Shown here piece after piece: positions 42,776-52,478 of a stretch of 64,000 nucleotides of DNA (positions within the stretch are counted from its first letter, which is position 1; every line of letters begins with the position of its first letter). The stretch covers positions 1,579-65,578 of the forward strand of contig CAJWMT010000002.1 in NCBI GenBank assembly GCA_913044275.1, given 5' to 3'. The notes under the pieces were generated by a model. That model was not told the origin of the DNA, did no database searches, and saw only the letters and a list, made by a program, of their open reading frames with translations. This DNA is from an uncultured Cellvibrionales bacterium (GTDB lineage: Bacteria; Pseudomonadota; Gammaproteobacteria; Pseudomonadales; Porticoccaceae). Both the position numbers and the translations under genes were made by a program.

Positions 42776-44428
42776 ATGCTTAGTTTTAGAATTATTGTTT
42801 TGATCGCGGCACTTTTGGGATTGATGGGTTGCATTGCTGCATCTGAAATTAAAAAGCTATCTCTGCCTTCAACCACCGATCTTGATGAGCATTTTGACCA
42901 GTTAAAAACTAATCGATGGTATTCTGAATCTTCTGAGAGATTAAAGGCTGCAGTCAGAGTAGTCTCGCGGCAGACTAATCAACCTCGTTTGGCAAAAAAT
43001 ATAATTTTGTTTATTGGCGACGGAATGAGTATTGCTACGGTAACAGCTGCGCGCATATTGGAAGGGCAGAATAGAGGGCTCAGCGGGGAGGAAAACTTTC
43101 TCAGTTTTGGCCAGTTCCCTTTCCTAGGTCTAGTAAAAACTTACAATGTCGATGCTCAGACACCGGATTCTGCTGGGACTATGACGGCCATCATGAGTGG
43201 AATAAAAACTGACTTTGGAGTTGTGGGGGTCGATGAAAAAGTAACTCGGGGAGATTGTGAAAGTCAGTCAGGAAATGAAGTCATTAGCGCCTTGGAGCTA
43301 GCCGAGATTGCTGGTTTATCAACTGGCGTTGTCTCCACTGCAAGAGTAACGCATGCCACTCCGGCTGCAGCTTATGCTCATTCGGTGGAGAGGGGATGGG
43401 AAGACATATCTTCTATGCCAGATGAAGCGATAAAAGCTGGATGTGAGGATATTGCCTCTCAACTAATAAATTTCGAAGCCAATCTAGAAAGTAAATTTGC
43501 CAATGTTGATGTAGACGGCCTAGAAGTCGTTCTTGGGGGAGGCGCGCAACACTTTTTGCCAATATCACTGGCCCATGAAAGTGGCTTCCAAGGTATTCGC
43601 AGCGATCAAAGGAATCTCATCAATGAATGGACACAAAGCCATCTGCCCCGCACTTTCGTTAAAGACAATGCAGAACTTGAGGCAGTGGATCCAAATTTAG
43701 GCCAAAAAGTGCTTGGCCTTTTTAGCGGATCACACATGTTGTTTGAGTCAGTGCGAACGAATTCTAAGTCAGATCAACCATCACTTAGCGACATGACAAA
43801 GCGAGCAATTGAACTAACTGAGAATAATCCGAAAGGATTTTTTTTGGTCATTGAATCAGGCCGCATTGACCATGCGCATCATGTAAACAATGCGTTCAAT
43901 GCGCTCTCCGAAACGATAGAACTCTCTTCGGCAGTACAAGCTGCTTTAGATGCAACTAATCCTGAGGAAACTCTTATCATTGTGACCTCTGATCATGGAC
44001 ATGTCATGACCATATCGGGCTATCCCAGAAGAGGTAATCCAATCTTGGGAAAAGTAATTTCTGTGGGAGAGAGTAAATTTGCACAGGATCTGGCAAAGCT
44101 CCCATACACGACACTGGGGTATCAAAATGGACCAGGCTTTGTTAGAGGGAAAGGGAAATTTAATCCCGATCTTGCTTATGAAAGTCCACCAGCGTTTGGT
44201 CGTCATGACTTAACTAACATCGACACGTTGCAGAGCGGTTTCCGGCAGGAATCCCTTGTTCCACTTTATGCTGAAACGCACTCCGGCGAGGATGTCGTTG
44301 TTTATGCTTCCGGTCCTGGAGCGCACCTTGCGACTGGAACGATGGAACAAAGCGTAATCTTTCATATCATGGATTATGCAGGAAGTCTCACAAAGAGGGC
44401 AAAGGCAGCGATTGCGAACGAGCGTTAA
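42776..44428 (+). CDS. phoA: Alkaline phosphatase, PhoA family, probable lipoprotein
   Basis: AKNIILFIGDGM, PDSA (catalytic Ser), THATPAA, ESGRIDHAHH, DHGH, THSGEDV; lipobox LMG-C. Confidence 0.93.
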   Translation: MLSFRIIVLIAALLGLMGCIAASEIKKLSLPSTTDLDEHFDQLKTNRWYSESSERLKAAVRVVSRQTNQPRLAKNIILFIGDGMSIATVTAARILEGQNRGLSGEENFLSFGQFPFLGLVKTYNVDAQTPDSAGTMTAIMSGIKTDFGVVGVDEKVTRGDCESQSGNEVISALELAEIAGLSTGVVSTARVTHATPAAAYAHSVERGWEDISSMPDEAIKAGCEDIASQLINFEANLESKFANVDVDGLEVVLGGGAQHFLPISLAHESGFQGIRSDQRNLINEWTQSHLPRTFVKDNAELEAVDPNLGQKVLGLFSGSHMLFESVRTNSKSDQPSLSDMTKRAIELTENNPKGFFLVIESGRIDHAHHVNNAFNALSETIELSSAVQAALDATNPEETLIIVTSDHGHVMTISGYPRRGNPILGKVISVGESKFAQDLAKLPYTTLGYQNGPGFVRGKGKFNPDLAYESPPAFGRHDLTNIDTLQSGFRQESLVPLYAETHSGEDVVVYASGPGAHLATGTMEQSVIFHIMDYAGSLTKRAKAAIANER

Positions 44429-44475
44429 AACCCACCATGCCCTCTAAAAAAAATTAATGTGTCGCAATGTGTTCA

Positions 44476-44793
44476 TTACAAGCTGGGTTTAACCTCTTTA
44501 CATGTTCCCGCGCCGAGAATTTCAAAGTAGCAGGTATAGAGCAATTCGTTATATTCAACCAGAAAAGTATGAGAGCGCCCGTCAGGGCCTTCGCCGGAGC
44601 TAATGATATTTCCGTTTGAGATTATCCGCCTTAAAACAACTTTTTCTTTATTTTTTTTTTCTTCCGCTGCTCTTTCTTCTCTTTGCTTTTGTGGTTGCGC
44701 AAGCCACTCGTCATATATTCTCGCAATGTCACCATCATTAGCAAAAACTTCGGCGCTCATCATAATGGAAGCTATCAAGAAAACTATTTTCAT
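44476..44793 (-). CDS. Small secreted hypothetical protein
   Basis: Signal-peptide-like N-terminus (MKIVFLIASIMMSAEVFA), GAGG RBS, C-terminal Cys pair. Confidence 0.65.
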   Translation of the reverse strand: MKIVFLIASIMMSAEVFANDGDIARIYDEWLAQPQKQREERAAEEKKNKEKVVLRRIISNGNIISSGEGPDGRSHTFLVEYNELLYTCYFEILGAGTCKEVKPSL

Positions 44794-44917
44794 AATCTCG
44801 CCTCTTGTTATACTGTACTCATCTGTAAGTGGGGTTTAATACGTAAGTCGGAAAGTTACTCTATTTAAAACTAAAGTATGAATTTTTTACATCAATAACT
44901 GTGGCAGTTTTTGGCTA

Positions 44918-45349
44918 ATGAAACATAGACTTTTAAAATTGAATGCGGGACTTCACTGGACAACAATAGTCAGCGAGAAAATTCTTCTCGGGGTTATCGG
45001 ACTTGCGACCTGTGTTGCCTCCGTCCAATACCTTTATAACATGTTTTTGGCAAGAGAGATTCTTCTTGCCGATTTATTTATGTTATTTATTTTTGTTGAG
45101 ATCATAGGGATGGTAGGTGCTTTTTATAGTACTAGCAGGATACCCGTAACCCTGCCGATAATAATCGCAATAACTGCATTATGTCGGTTGATCATCATGC
45201 AAAGTAAAGAGATGGACGCTCTTATGGTGCTGGGGGAATCCGGTGCAATTTTAATTTTATCTGTCGCGGCATACATAATGAGCATGAAAGATCGTATCAG
45301 CCGAGAGAAAGACAAAGAATTTCGTGACGATCGTCAAGAGGAAGACTGA
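44918..45349 (+). CDS. PsiE-family (phosphate-starvation-inducible) membrane protein
   Basis: LADLFMLFIFVEIIGM, RIPVTLPIIIAITALCRLII; four hydrophobic segments. Confidence 0.88.
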   Translation: MKHRLLKLNAGLHWTTIVSEKILLGVIGLATCVASVQYLYNMFLAREILLADLFMLFIFVEIIGMVGAFYSTSRIPVTLPIIIAITALCRLIIMQSKEMDALMVLGESGAILILSVAAYIMSMKDRISREKDKEFRDDRQEED

Positions 45350-45378
45350 TCCGCTTCTTCATCTAATATTACCCCTAA

Positions 45379-47703
45379 GTGCCATCTTCAAAGTGGTGGT
45401 CTGTTCGCCAAACGCCGGTGACGAGCTTTATGAGTTTAAATTATCGTATTTTCCCAGTCTTTTGCGCAATGGCCAGTTTGCTTGTTATGCAAAGCTCCCA
45501 TGGAGGCATAGAAATTGATGGTGTCCTTGATGAACCCGAATGGGCGCAGGCAACTGAATTTCAGGATTTTGTCTCAGTCGTCCCTCTGACAGGTAGCCCG
45601 GCAAAATATGCTACAACTGTTCGAGTGATCGTCAACGAGGACGGCATCTTTTTTGGTTTCGAAAACTATCAACCGCCACAGGTTAGACGCATACGACGTC
45701 AATTTGCTAGGGATGCTGATGTAGACGCGGATCGTAATATCGTAAGCATTGATTTTGAGGGCAATGCCTTGGTTGGTTATTCTTTTGTTGTTGGCTCCGC
45801 TAATTCGAGGCAGGATGCGACTTTGACTAATGCCAAATATTCAAATGCTTGGGATGGTACATGGTACTCACAGACCCATGAGAATGAGGAGTATTGGTAT
45901 AGTGAAATACACATTCCTTGGACCGTGGCTCCTATGTCTAGTGCCGTTGACGGTCGAAAAAAAATTTCTCTATGGTTTTCTCGAGTAGTATATGACGAAG
46001 CATTGCGCTTCGCTTATCCCAATGCGTTTTACACAAGAGCCACCTTTCTCGAGGATTGGCACGTCATCGAGTTAGATTATAAAGACCAATCAACACTGGA
46101 TTTATTCCCTTATATCAGCTACGCGGAGCAACTTCGTGAGACAGACAATTCCAGCGGGCAGAGCAAATTTGAAATAGGCTTAGATGTTATATGGCGTCCC
46201 AATGGAAGCACTCAACTTACAGGAGCCATTAATCCTGACTTTGGTCAAGTTGAGAGTGATGACTTGGTTGTAAATTTCTCGGCTTTTGAAACATTCGTTA
46301 GCGAAAAACGACCTTTTTTCACCGAAAATCAATCGCTCTTTAACAGCTCAATACCAAATGATGATCAGATTCTTTATACCCGTCGTATCGGCGCTGGCGA
46401 TTCAGATGGCCTCATGGATATAGATGTTGCGTTAAAGACAACTCATTTTGGTGAAAGCATTGATTTGGGCGTGTTTGCGGTATTAGAAAGTGATCAAGAT
46501 GACAGGTTGGGAGGGCAATTCTTTGCTAGTCGATTTCAACGAAAGGTGAAAGATCTTACCATAGGACATCGCCTTACTTACTCCGACAAACCAATACTAG
46601 CGAGACAAGCCATTGTGCAAGCTGTGGATATTGATTGGCAAAATCAGACCGGGCTGAGGATCAAAGGCGAGTTGCTTTTCAGTGACGTCCGCCGCGGAGC
46701 CATTGAAACTAGCAGCGGGTTGGGAATTGAGGAAGAGGATTTTGCGGGGTGGACACAGCTTTCCTATGTGCCCAGCGATGCATGGAAGCACAACCTGTTT
46801 ATTTCGCGCTATGGTGATAAATTTGATCTCAACGACCTGGGCTTCATGAAACGCAATGGTATTAAAGAAGTGAATGGAAGCTCTCGTTATAAGCGACTGA
46901 ATTATAGTACTGATTCGAATTTGTTATCTAGTTCGAGCAAACTGGATTTTGGCTACTCGGAAAATACAGCTGGTCTCAGACTCGAAAGTTGGTTTGGAAT
47001 TGAAAATGAATGGGACTTCCGTTCGACGCGATCCATTGAACTCAAATTCGGTGTTTTTTCTGGCGGTTGGGATGATCGAATCACGCGAGGGAATGGGGAT
47101 GCTGCTTATTCATCCGGCTATTGGAGCTATGCTGAATACAGAAGCCCAAGAGGGAATGAAGTCAATTATTTTGCAGCTGTTGAGGCAGAATATAATCCAG
47201 AGCAGGAGTTCTCTTGGAAATTGTCGTTTGGTCCAGAGGTTTATGCAACTGACAGTTTGACTTTTAATGGCCTTTTTAGCGTTGGAAGGAAGGAACATTG
47301 GTTAATATGGGACTCTGAGATGAAACAGCTGGCAGGGTATGATGCAGAATTTTTCGATATGAACTTAGGCCTTGATTGGTACCCATCTAATCGACACGAG
47401 GTTCGAATCAAGTTCCAATGGGTTGGCATAGATGCTGAAGTGGTTGACGGATATAGGTTGGATGATAAAGGGAGACTTGTCGTTTCTGATTTGCCTTCAT
47501 CGGACTTTAGTTTGAGTGATACGGCTTTGCAAGTGCGTTATCGGTTTCAGATAGCACCTTTGTCAGACATATTCCTCGTTTACAGCAGGGGGGGTTATTA
47601 TGAAAGCGAAAACGGTGCTGAGGGTCCGGGGAAACTCCTGCAGAAGGGTTGGGGAGACGTGATGGTTGAAACTGTTATCGCTAAAATTCGCTACCGCTTC
47701 TAG
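45379..47703 (+). CDS. DUF5916-type protein: CBM9-like N-terminal domain plus outer-membrane beta-barrel (true start probably ATG 45430 or later)
   Basis: IEIDGVLDEPEW, EIHIPW, NPDFGQVESD, EKRPFFTE, YTRRIG; ends in RYRF (OMP-type terminal Phe). Confidence 0.82.
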   Translation: MPSSKWWSVRQTPVTSFMSLNYRIFPVFCAMASLLVMQSSHGGIEIDGVLDEPEWAQATEFQDFVSVVPLTGSPAKYATTVRVIVNEDGIFFGFENYQPPQVRRIRRQFARDADVDADRNIVSIDFEGNALVGYSFVVGSANSRQDATLTNAKYSNAWDGTWYSQTHENEEYWYSEIHIPWTVAPMSSAVDGRKKISLWFSRVVYDEALRFAYPNAFYTRATFLEDWHVIELDYKDQSTLDLFPYISYAEQLRETDNSSGQSKFEIGLDVIWRPNGSTQLTGAINPDFGQVESDDLVVNFSAFETFVSEKRPFFTENQSLFNSSIPNDDQILYTRRIGAGDSDGLMDIDVALKTTHFGESIDLGVFAVLESDQDDRLGGQFFASRFQRKVKDLTIGHRLTYSDKPILARQAIVQAVDIDWQNQTGLRIKGELLFSDVRRGAIETSSGLGIEEEDFAGWTQLSYVPSDAWKHNLFISRYGDKFDLNDLGFMKRNGIKEVNGSSRYKRLNYSTDSNLLSSSSKLDFGYSENTAGLRLESWFGIENEWDFRSTRSIELKFGVFSGGWDDRITRGNGDAAYSSGYWSYAEYRSPRGNEVNYFAAVEAEYNPEQEFSWKLSFGPEVYATDSLTFNGLFSVGRKEHWLIWDSEMKQLAGYDAEFFDMNLGLDWYPSNRHEVRIKFQWVGIDAEVVDGYRLDDKGRLVVSDLPSSDFSLSDTALQVRYRFQIAPLSDIFLVYSRGGYYESENGAEGPGKLLQKGWGDVMVETVIAKIRYRF

Positions 47704-48332
47704 AGTGTGGTTCTTGGTACTGCGCTTCCCCGGTAATTGTAACCGGCAAAGCGCGGCGTTTTCGGCAGGTACATATGCTCGAGAGTCTTGATTTCAAACC
47801 CAGACTCTCTTATCAGTGAGGCGATATCTCGATTGAGGTTGCAACCACCAGCTATCTTACTCCAGATTGGATTTATACGGTTTTGCCAAAGAGCAACTGG
47901 CTCATCTGGTGCTAAGCCATGTTCGCAGAAAAGTAACTTACCGCCATTTTTCAAGACTCGCAAGGCTTCTCGGCAGACCTTAATTGGGTCAATTACAGTG
48001 CATAGAGTGTATGTTATTAGGACGGTATCTACAGAATCGTTCGGGAGATCAATTTCCTCGGCATATGCCATTAAAAATTCGACCTGAAGGTCCTGTTCAT
48101 CAGCCACCTTATGAGCCATCGCACTCAGCTCTATTGAGGGGTCAAGGCCAATAATCTTATCGATCTTGGTAGTATCGTAAAATTCAAAATTCAGTCCTGA
48201 TCCTGAACCTATCTCCAGTACCGTGCCGCCAGCCATGGGAACAATTTTTTCGCGTTGCTGGGCAATTTGTTTAGCGCTACATAGGAAATTCAGGCATCTA
48301 GGCAGCAAATACTGTTCGTAAAATCTGCTCAT
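47700..48332 (-). CDS. Class I SAM-dependent methyltransferase
   Basis: VLEIGSGSG, DTVLITYTLC, RVLKNGG, EHG, GGCNLNRD. Confidence 0.9.
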   Translation of the reverse strand: MSRFYEQYLLPRCLNFLCSAKQIAQQREKIVPMAGGTVLEIGSGSGLNFEFYDTTKIDKIIGLDPSIELSAMAHKVADEQDLQVEFLMAYAEEIDLPNDSVDTVLITYTLCTVIDPIKVCREALRVLKNGGKLLFCEHGLAPDEPVALWQNRINPIWSKIAGGCNLNRDIASLIRESGFEIKTLEHMYLPKTPRFAGYNYRGSAVPRTTL

Positions 48333-48465
48333 TGTTGATTTCTCTAGTGTGCGTTCAAGTCTCAGAGTACAAGTAACAGTTGATTGGAAGATCAGCTGCT
48401 ACTCTATCGATAATTAAAAAACCACGCTTGCAAATATAATTTTCACTCTAAAACAACGCGGCATA

Positions 48466-49287
48466 CTAAATCGCATGGTACCCTCCGTCGACCGGCATGA
48501 TTGTTCCAGTGACCCACTTAGACTCATCAGATGCAAGATAAATCGCCATATACGCAATGTCTTCTGGACTCCCGAGATGACCAAGAGGAAACATTTCTCC
48601 CGCCTCTGCCAGTGCCTGGTCCAAGGGAGTTGAGCCGCCTAGCACATTTCCACCACGCTCTTCATAGACTGACGTAACAAGGGGAGTTGGAATAGTACCA
48701 GGACAGATTGCATTTATACGAACGTTGTCTTTCGCATACTCTATGGCCGCTTGTCGAGTCAGTGCTACGACGCCACCCTTTGCTGCCGTGTATGCTGCAA
48801 CACCACTCCATGCCGTTAGGGCAGTCAGAGAGGATTGGTTTATAATTGATCCTCCTCCCTGCGAAATCATTTGTGGAATCACGGCTTTATTTGATAAAAA
48901 AACGCCAGTGAGATTGACTGCGATCACACGGTCCCACTCACTTTTAGTAGTGGTAGTCACGGATCCCGCTCCGGGCACGCCAGCATTCGCAAATAAGATA
49001 TCTACCCGACCGAATGCTTCGAGGGTTTTGGTAACCATGACCTCATTAGAGTTTTCCTCTGATACATCGGCCTCGAGGAAAGATGCATCCCCAAAGCCAG
49101 AGTTTTCACCTATTAATTGTGCCGTTTCTTGGGCGGCTTTTGCACTGATATCCGCGCACATGACCTTGGCTCCTTGCGCTGCAAAATGTATTGCAGAAGC
49201 TTGACCCAAACCAGAACCCGCTCCAGTAACAATAGCCGTCTTCCCCAGCAATCGCTCTCCGGTTTTAATTTGACTTATATTTTTCAT
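48466..49287 (-). CDS. Classical SDR oxidoreductase (probably NAD-dependent)
   Basis: TGAGSGLG, ANAG, YTAAK, VRINAICPG, VDGG. Confidence 0.93.
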   Translation of the reverse strand: MKNISQIKTGERLLGKTAIVTGAGSGLGQASAIHFAAQGAKVMCADISAKAAQETAQLIGENSGFGDASFLEADVSEENSNEVMVTKTLEAFGRVDILFANAGVPGAGSVTTTTKSEWDRVIAVNLTGVFLSNKAVIPQMISQGGGSIINQSSLTALTAWSGVAAYTAAKGGVVALTRQAAIEYAKDNVRINAICPGTIPTPLVTSVYEERGGNVLGGSTPLDQALAEAGEMFPLGHLGSPEDIAYMAIYLASDESKWVTGTIMPVDGGYHAI

Positions 49288-49413
49288 CTTTTTCTCATCC
49301 TATGACTATTCGAGGGTGCTGCAAAATTGTATGTTACATCAAAAGGAGGTGTTCGAGTTAATCCATGTAAGACCGTCAACTTGATTTTTGATCGCGCCTT
49401 AATATATCTATTC

Positions 49414-50397
49414 TTAAGGCACTAAGTCTATGTCAGTTGCTAGGGCTTTTGCAAAGATACTTGCATCCACATTACCTCCCGACAAAACTGCTATTACAGG
49501 ATCACTAATCATATTTGACTTCAAGAACAACGCGGCTGCTAGAGCCACTGCTCCGCTGGGCTCTAACACTAATTTCAAGTGCCGAAAAGCAGCGACCATT
49601 GCTCGCAACACCTGATCTTCTGAAACCACTAACCCAGGGCCACAGAGTCTTCGCATTATAGGGAAAGTAAGTTCCCCCGGGTGCGGTGCCATTATTGCAT
49701 CGCAAAGTCCTCCAGAAGTTCTTTCATTTGCGCATATTTTTCCTTGGCCTAATGATCTTGCAGTGTCATCAAAACCTTCCGGTTCGCAGGTTCTTGCCCG
49801 AAAACAAGGTGCATTGGCCTCAAGTGCTAAAGCGATGCCTGATGTCAACCCGCCTCCGCCGCAGCAGACAAGCACATCTGCATTTCTGACGCCATGCGAT
49901 TTGGCCTCATGTGCAATCTCAAGACCAACTGTTCCTTGACCAGCGATAACCATAGGATCATCATATGGTTTAATCATTGTCAGACCGCGCTCTTTGGCTA
50001 GTTGCAAAGCAATGCTCTCTCGGCTCTGCTTAGCTCGATCATAAAGTTTGACTTCTGAGCCAAGTTTCCTAGTGTTATTTATCTTCAGTTGAGGTGCGTC
50101 CTCGGGCATTACAATAACTGAGGCGCATTGGTGCTGCTGCGCTGCGAGGGCTATTCCTTGAGCATGATTCCCCGAAGAATAAGCCAACACACCATTTGCC
50201 AGTTCTTTTTTTGACAAATTTGAAATAGCATTGAATGCGCCTCTGTATTTGAAGCTGCCTGTATGCTGAAGACACTCCGGTTTGAGCAAGATGCTACGCC
50301 CGGCTAATTTATTCAAAATGGTTGATGATATGAGAGGCGTTGTAAAAGTCCGACTCCTGAGTCGGTTTGCCGCTTTCTCAATTTGTCCAATATCCAA
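49414..50397 (-). CDS. PLP-dependent serine/threonine dehydratase or racemase family protein (no regulatory domain)
   Basis: KPECLQHTGSFKYRG, SSGNHAQG, GGGGL, EPSGA, SGGN. Confidence 0.92.
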   Translation of the reverse strand: MDIGQIEKAANRLRSRTFTTPLISSTILNKLAGRSILLKPECLQHTGSFKYRGAFNAISNLSKKELANGVLAYSSGNHAQGIALAAQQHQCASVIVMPEDAPQLKINNTRKLGSEVKLYDRAKQSRESIALQLAKERGLTMIKPYDDPMVIAGQGTVGLEIAHEAKSHGVRNADVLVCCGGGGLTSGIALALEANAPCFRARTCEPEGFDDTARSLGQGKICANERTSGGLCDAIMAPHPGELTFPIMRRLCGPGLVVSEDQVLRAMVAAFRHLKLVLEPSGAVALAAALFLKSNMISDPVIAVLSGGNVDASIFAKALATDIDLVP

Positions 50398-50534
50398 TTT
50401 TAAAAATCCATCTCATTGATTTAGCATGTAATCCGGTTATTTATTTCATCTGGTTAATTTTCCGCGAATGGTGACCAAACGCGCGCAAAGCATTATTATG
50501 CATAGGGGATGATAACAAAAAGGAGCATTAAACC

Positions 50535-52478
50535 TTGCGCTTTTTAAGTATTGCATTTGCACTAATTGCTTTCATAGCCACAGTTTCATGCGTTGTATCC
50601 GATAGAACCGTGAAAAAAGAAACGACTGCAGAAGAGCCAGCTTCATTGAGTTCTTTGGATGAAATGCGGTCACGTCGTCCGTCTACTTTCTCTGGCGACG
50701 GTCTAGATGCGTCGCACAAAGGATCAGAGTTATATAAAGAGCATTGCGCAAGCTGTCATGAGGGACAAGTATACAAGGCGCCCAATGCCTACTGGTTGGG
50801 AATTATGTCGGCAAAAAATCTCTATAACACGATGGCATCAGGAATAATGCAGCAACAAGCCTCTGCATTATCAGAACAGGAACGAAGACAGATTGTAGAA
50901 CATCTTGTTCAGCAGCCATTTGAACAAGCTTATGTGAAACCAAGCTACTTGGATTGTAGGGGCGATGCTGCAAAATTTGCTGCCTTTAATGAAGATGAGC
51001 GCACAGGTTGGGGTGTCGACACGCGTCGATTTGTTCCCAAAGATGTTGCTAATCTTGATAAGGATGATATTTCCCGGCTGAAGCTGAAGTGGAGTTTTGG
51101 ATTCCCGGGAGCCATGCGAGCTCGTTCTCAACCGACGGTTGCTATGGGAGCCATCTTCGTTGGAAGCCAGGATGGCACGGTTTATGCGCTTGATCTCGAG
51201 TCTGGCTGCGTGCGCTGGGCTTATGAAGCAAGTGCGGAAGTCAGAACCGGAGTCGTCGTCGCCAATCATTCATCACTTGGAGAGCTTGCTTTTTTTGGTG
51301 ATCTGATTGCAAATGTATATGCCGTGAAAGCTACCACAGGAGAGTTAGTTTGGAAGGTCAGCGCTGATAATCACCATAGCGCAACATTAACAGGAACACC
51401 CGCATTCTATAACGATCGATTATATGTCCCAGTCTCGTCACTTGAAGTTATTCCCGCTGCTGATCCAAAGTATGAGTGTTGCACATTTAGGGGCCATGTC
51501 CGCGCTCTGAACGCATCTGACGGAGCAACTGCTTGGGATAGTTACTCTGTTGATGTGGAATCAGTGCCTGTGGGTGCGACATCTCTTGGCACTCGTATAA
51601 TGGCGCCTTCAGGAGCACCCGTTTGGACCAGCCCAACAATTTTTGCAAGCGCCAATATGCTGATTTTTGGTTCTGGAGAAAATTATTCATCGCCGGCCGA
51701 TGACAACAGTGATTCCATTATAGCCGTCCGTCTTGATACGGGAGAGCGGATTTGGCAACGACAAAATGTGGAAGGTGATGCTTGGAACGTTGCATGCATG
51801 ATGGAGAATAATCCTAACTGCCCCAAGGAAGATGGGCCTGATCATGATCAAGCGTCTAGCCCGCTTCTGATTTCTATACCATCGGGGGATTCAATTCTGG
51901 TTGCAGGGCAAAAGGATGGTCGAGTTTTTGCGATTGATGCGCAAACAGGACAGAAAAAACTTTGGGAGGTGGATGTCGCTAGGGGGAGCATTCAGGGGGG
52001 TATCCATTTCGGTATGGCTGCTGACGGCACGGTCGTATACGCGCCGGTAAATGACATGAATGACACTAGGAACGGAGAGTGGTTAGACCCTGAAAAAGCG
52101 CGACCAGGTATGACTGCAATTGATGCAGAAACAGGACAGATATTGTGGAGCCACTTACAGGATAATGTTTGCGGAGAGGACCGTAAAACATGTGATCCTG
52201 GCATCTCTGCGCCAGTTACTGCCATTCCCGGAGCTGTCGTTGCGGGACATTTGGATGGTTTTTTAAGGATCTATGACAAAGAGACAGGATCGGTTCTATG
52301 GGAATATGATACCGCTCGTAGCTTCGAGACCGTTAACGGCGTGGAGGCTTTTGGTGGCAGCATGAGCGGAGCTGGGCCAACAGTAGCTCAAGGGCATCTC
52401 ATTTCAAATTCTGGTTATGGACTTTATTTTCATGAGCCGGGAAATGCTCTATTGGTTTATTCTGTTGATGGGCGCTGA
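50535..52478 (+). CDS. Quinohemoprotein dehydrogenase (N-terminal cytochrome c plus PQQ beta-propeller), PVA-dehydrogenase-like
   Basis: CASCH heme motif; LKLKWSF, YALDLESGCVRW, YECCTFRG, GAPVWTSP, DAWNVAC, GGIHFGMA; possible lipobox VS-C. Confidence 0.85.
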   Translation: MRFLSIAFALIAFIATVSCVVSDRTVKKETTAEEPASLSSLDEMRSRRPSTFSGDGLDASHKGSELYKEHCASCHEGQVYKAPNAYWLGIMSAKNLYNTMASGIMQQQASALSEQERRQIVEHLVQQPFEQAYVKPSYLDCRGDAAKFAAFNEDERTGWGVDTRRFVPKDVANLDKDDISRLKLKWSFGFPGAMRARSQPTVAMGAIFVGSQDGTVYALDLESGCVRWAYEASAEVRTGVVVANHSSLGELAFFGDLIANVYAVKATTGELVWKVSADNHHSATLTGTPAFYNDRLYVPVSSLEVIPAADPKYECCTFRGHVRALNASDGATAWDSYSVDVESVPVGATSLGTRIMAPSGAPVWTSPTIFASANMLIFGSGENYSSPADDNSDSIIAVRLDTGERIWQRQNVEGDAWNVACMMENNPNCPKEDGPDHDQASSPLLISIPSGDSILVAGQKDGRVFAIDAQTGQKKLWEVDVARGSIQGGIHFGMAADGTVVYAPVNDMNDTRNGEWLDPEKARPGMTAIDAETGQILWSHLQDNVCGEDRKTCDPGISAPVTAIPGAVVAGHLDGFLRIYDKETGSVLWEYDTARSFETVNGVEAFGGSMSGAGPTVAQGHLISNSGYGLYFHEPGNALLVYSVDGR

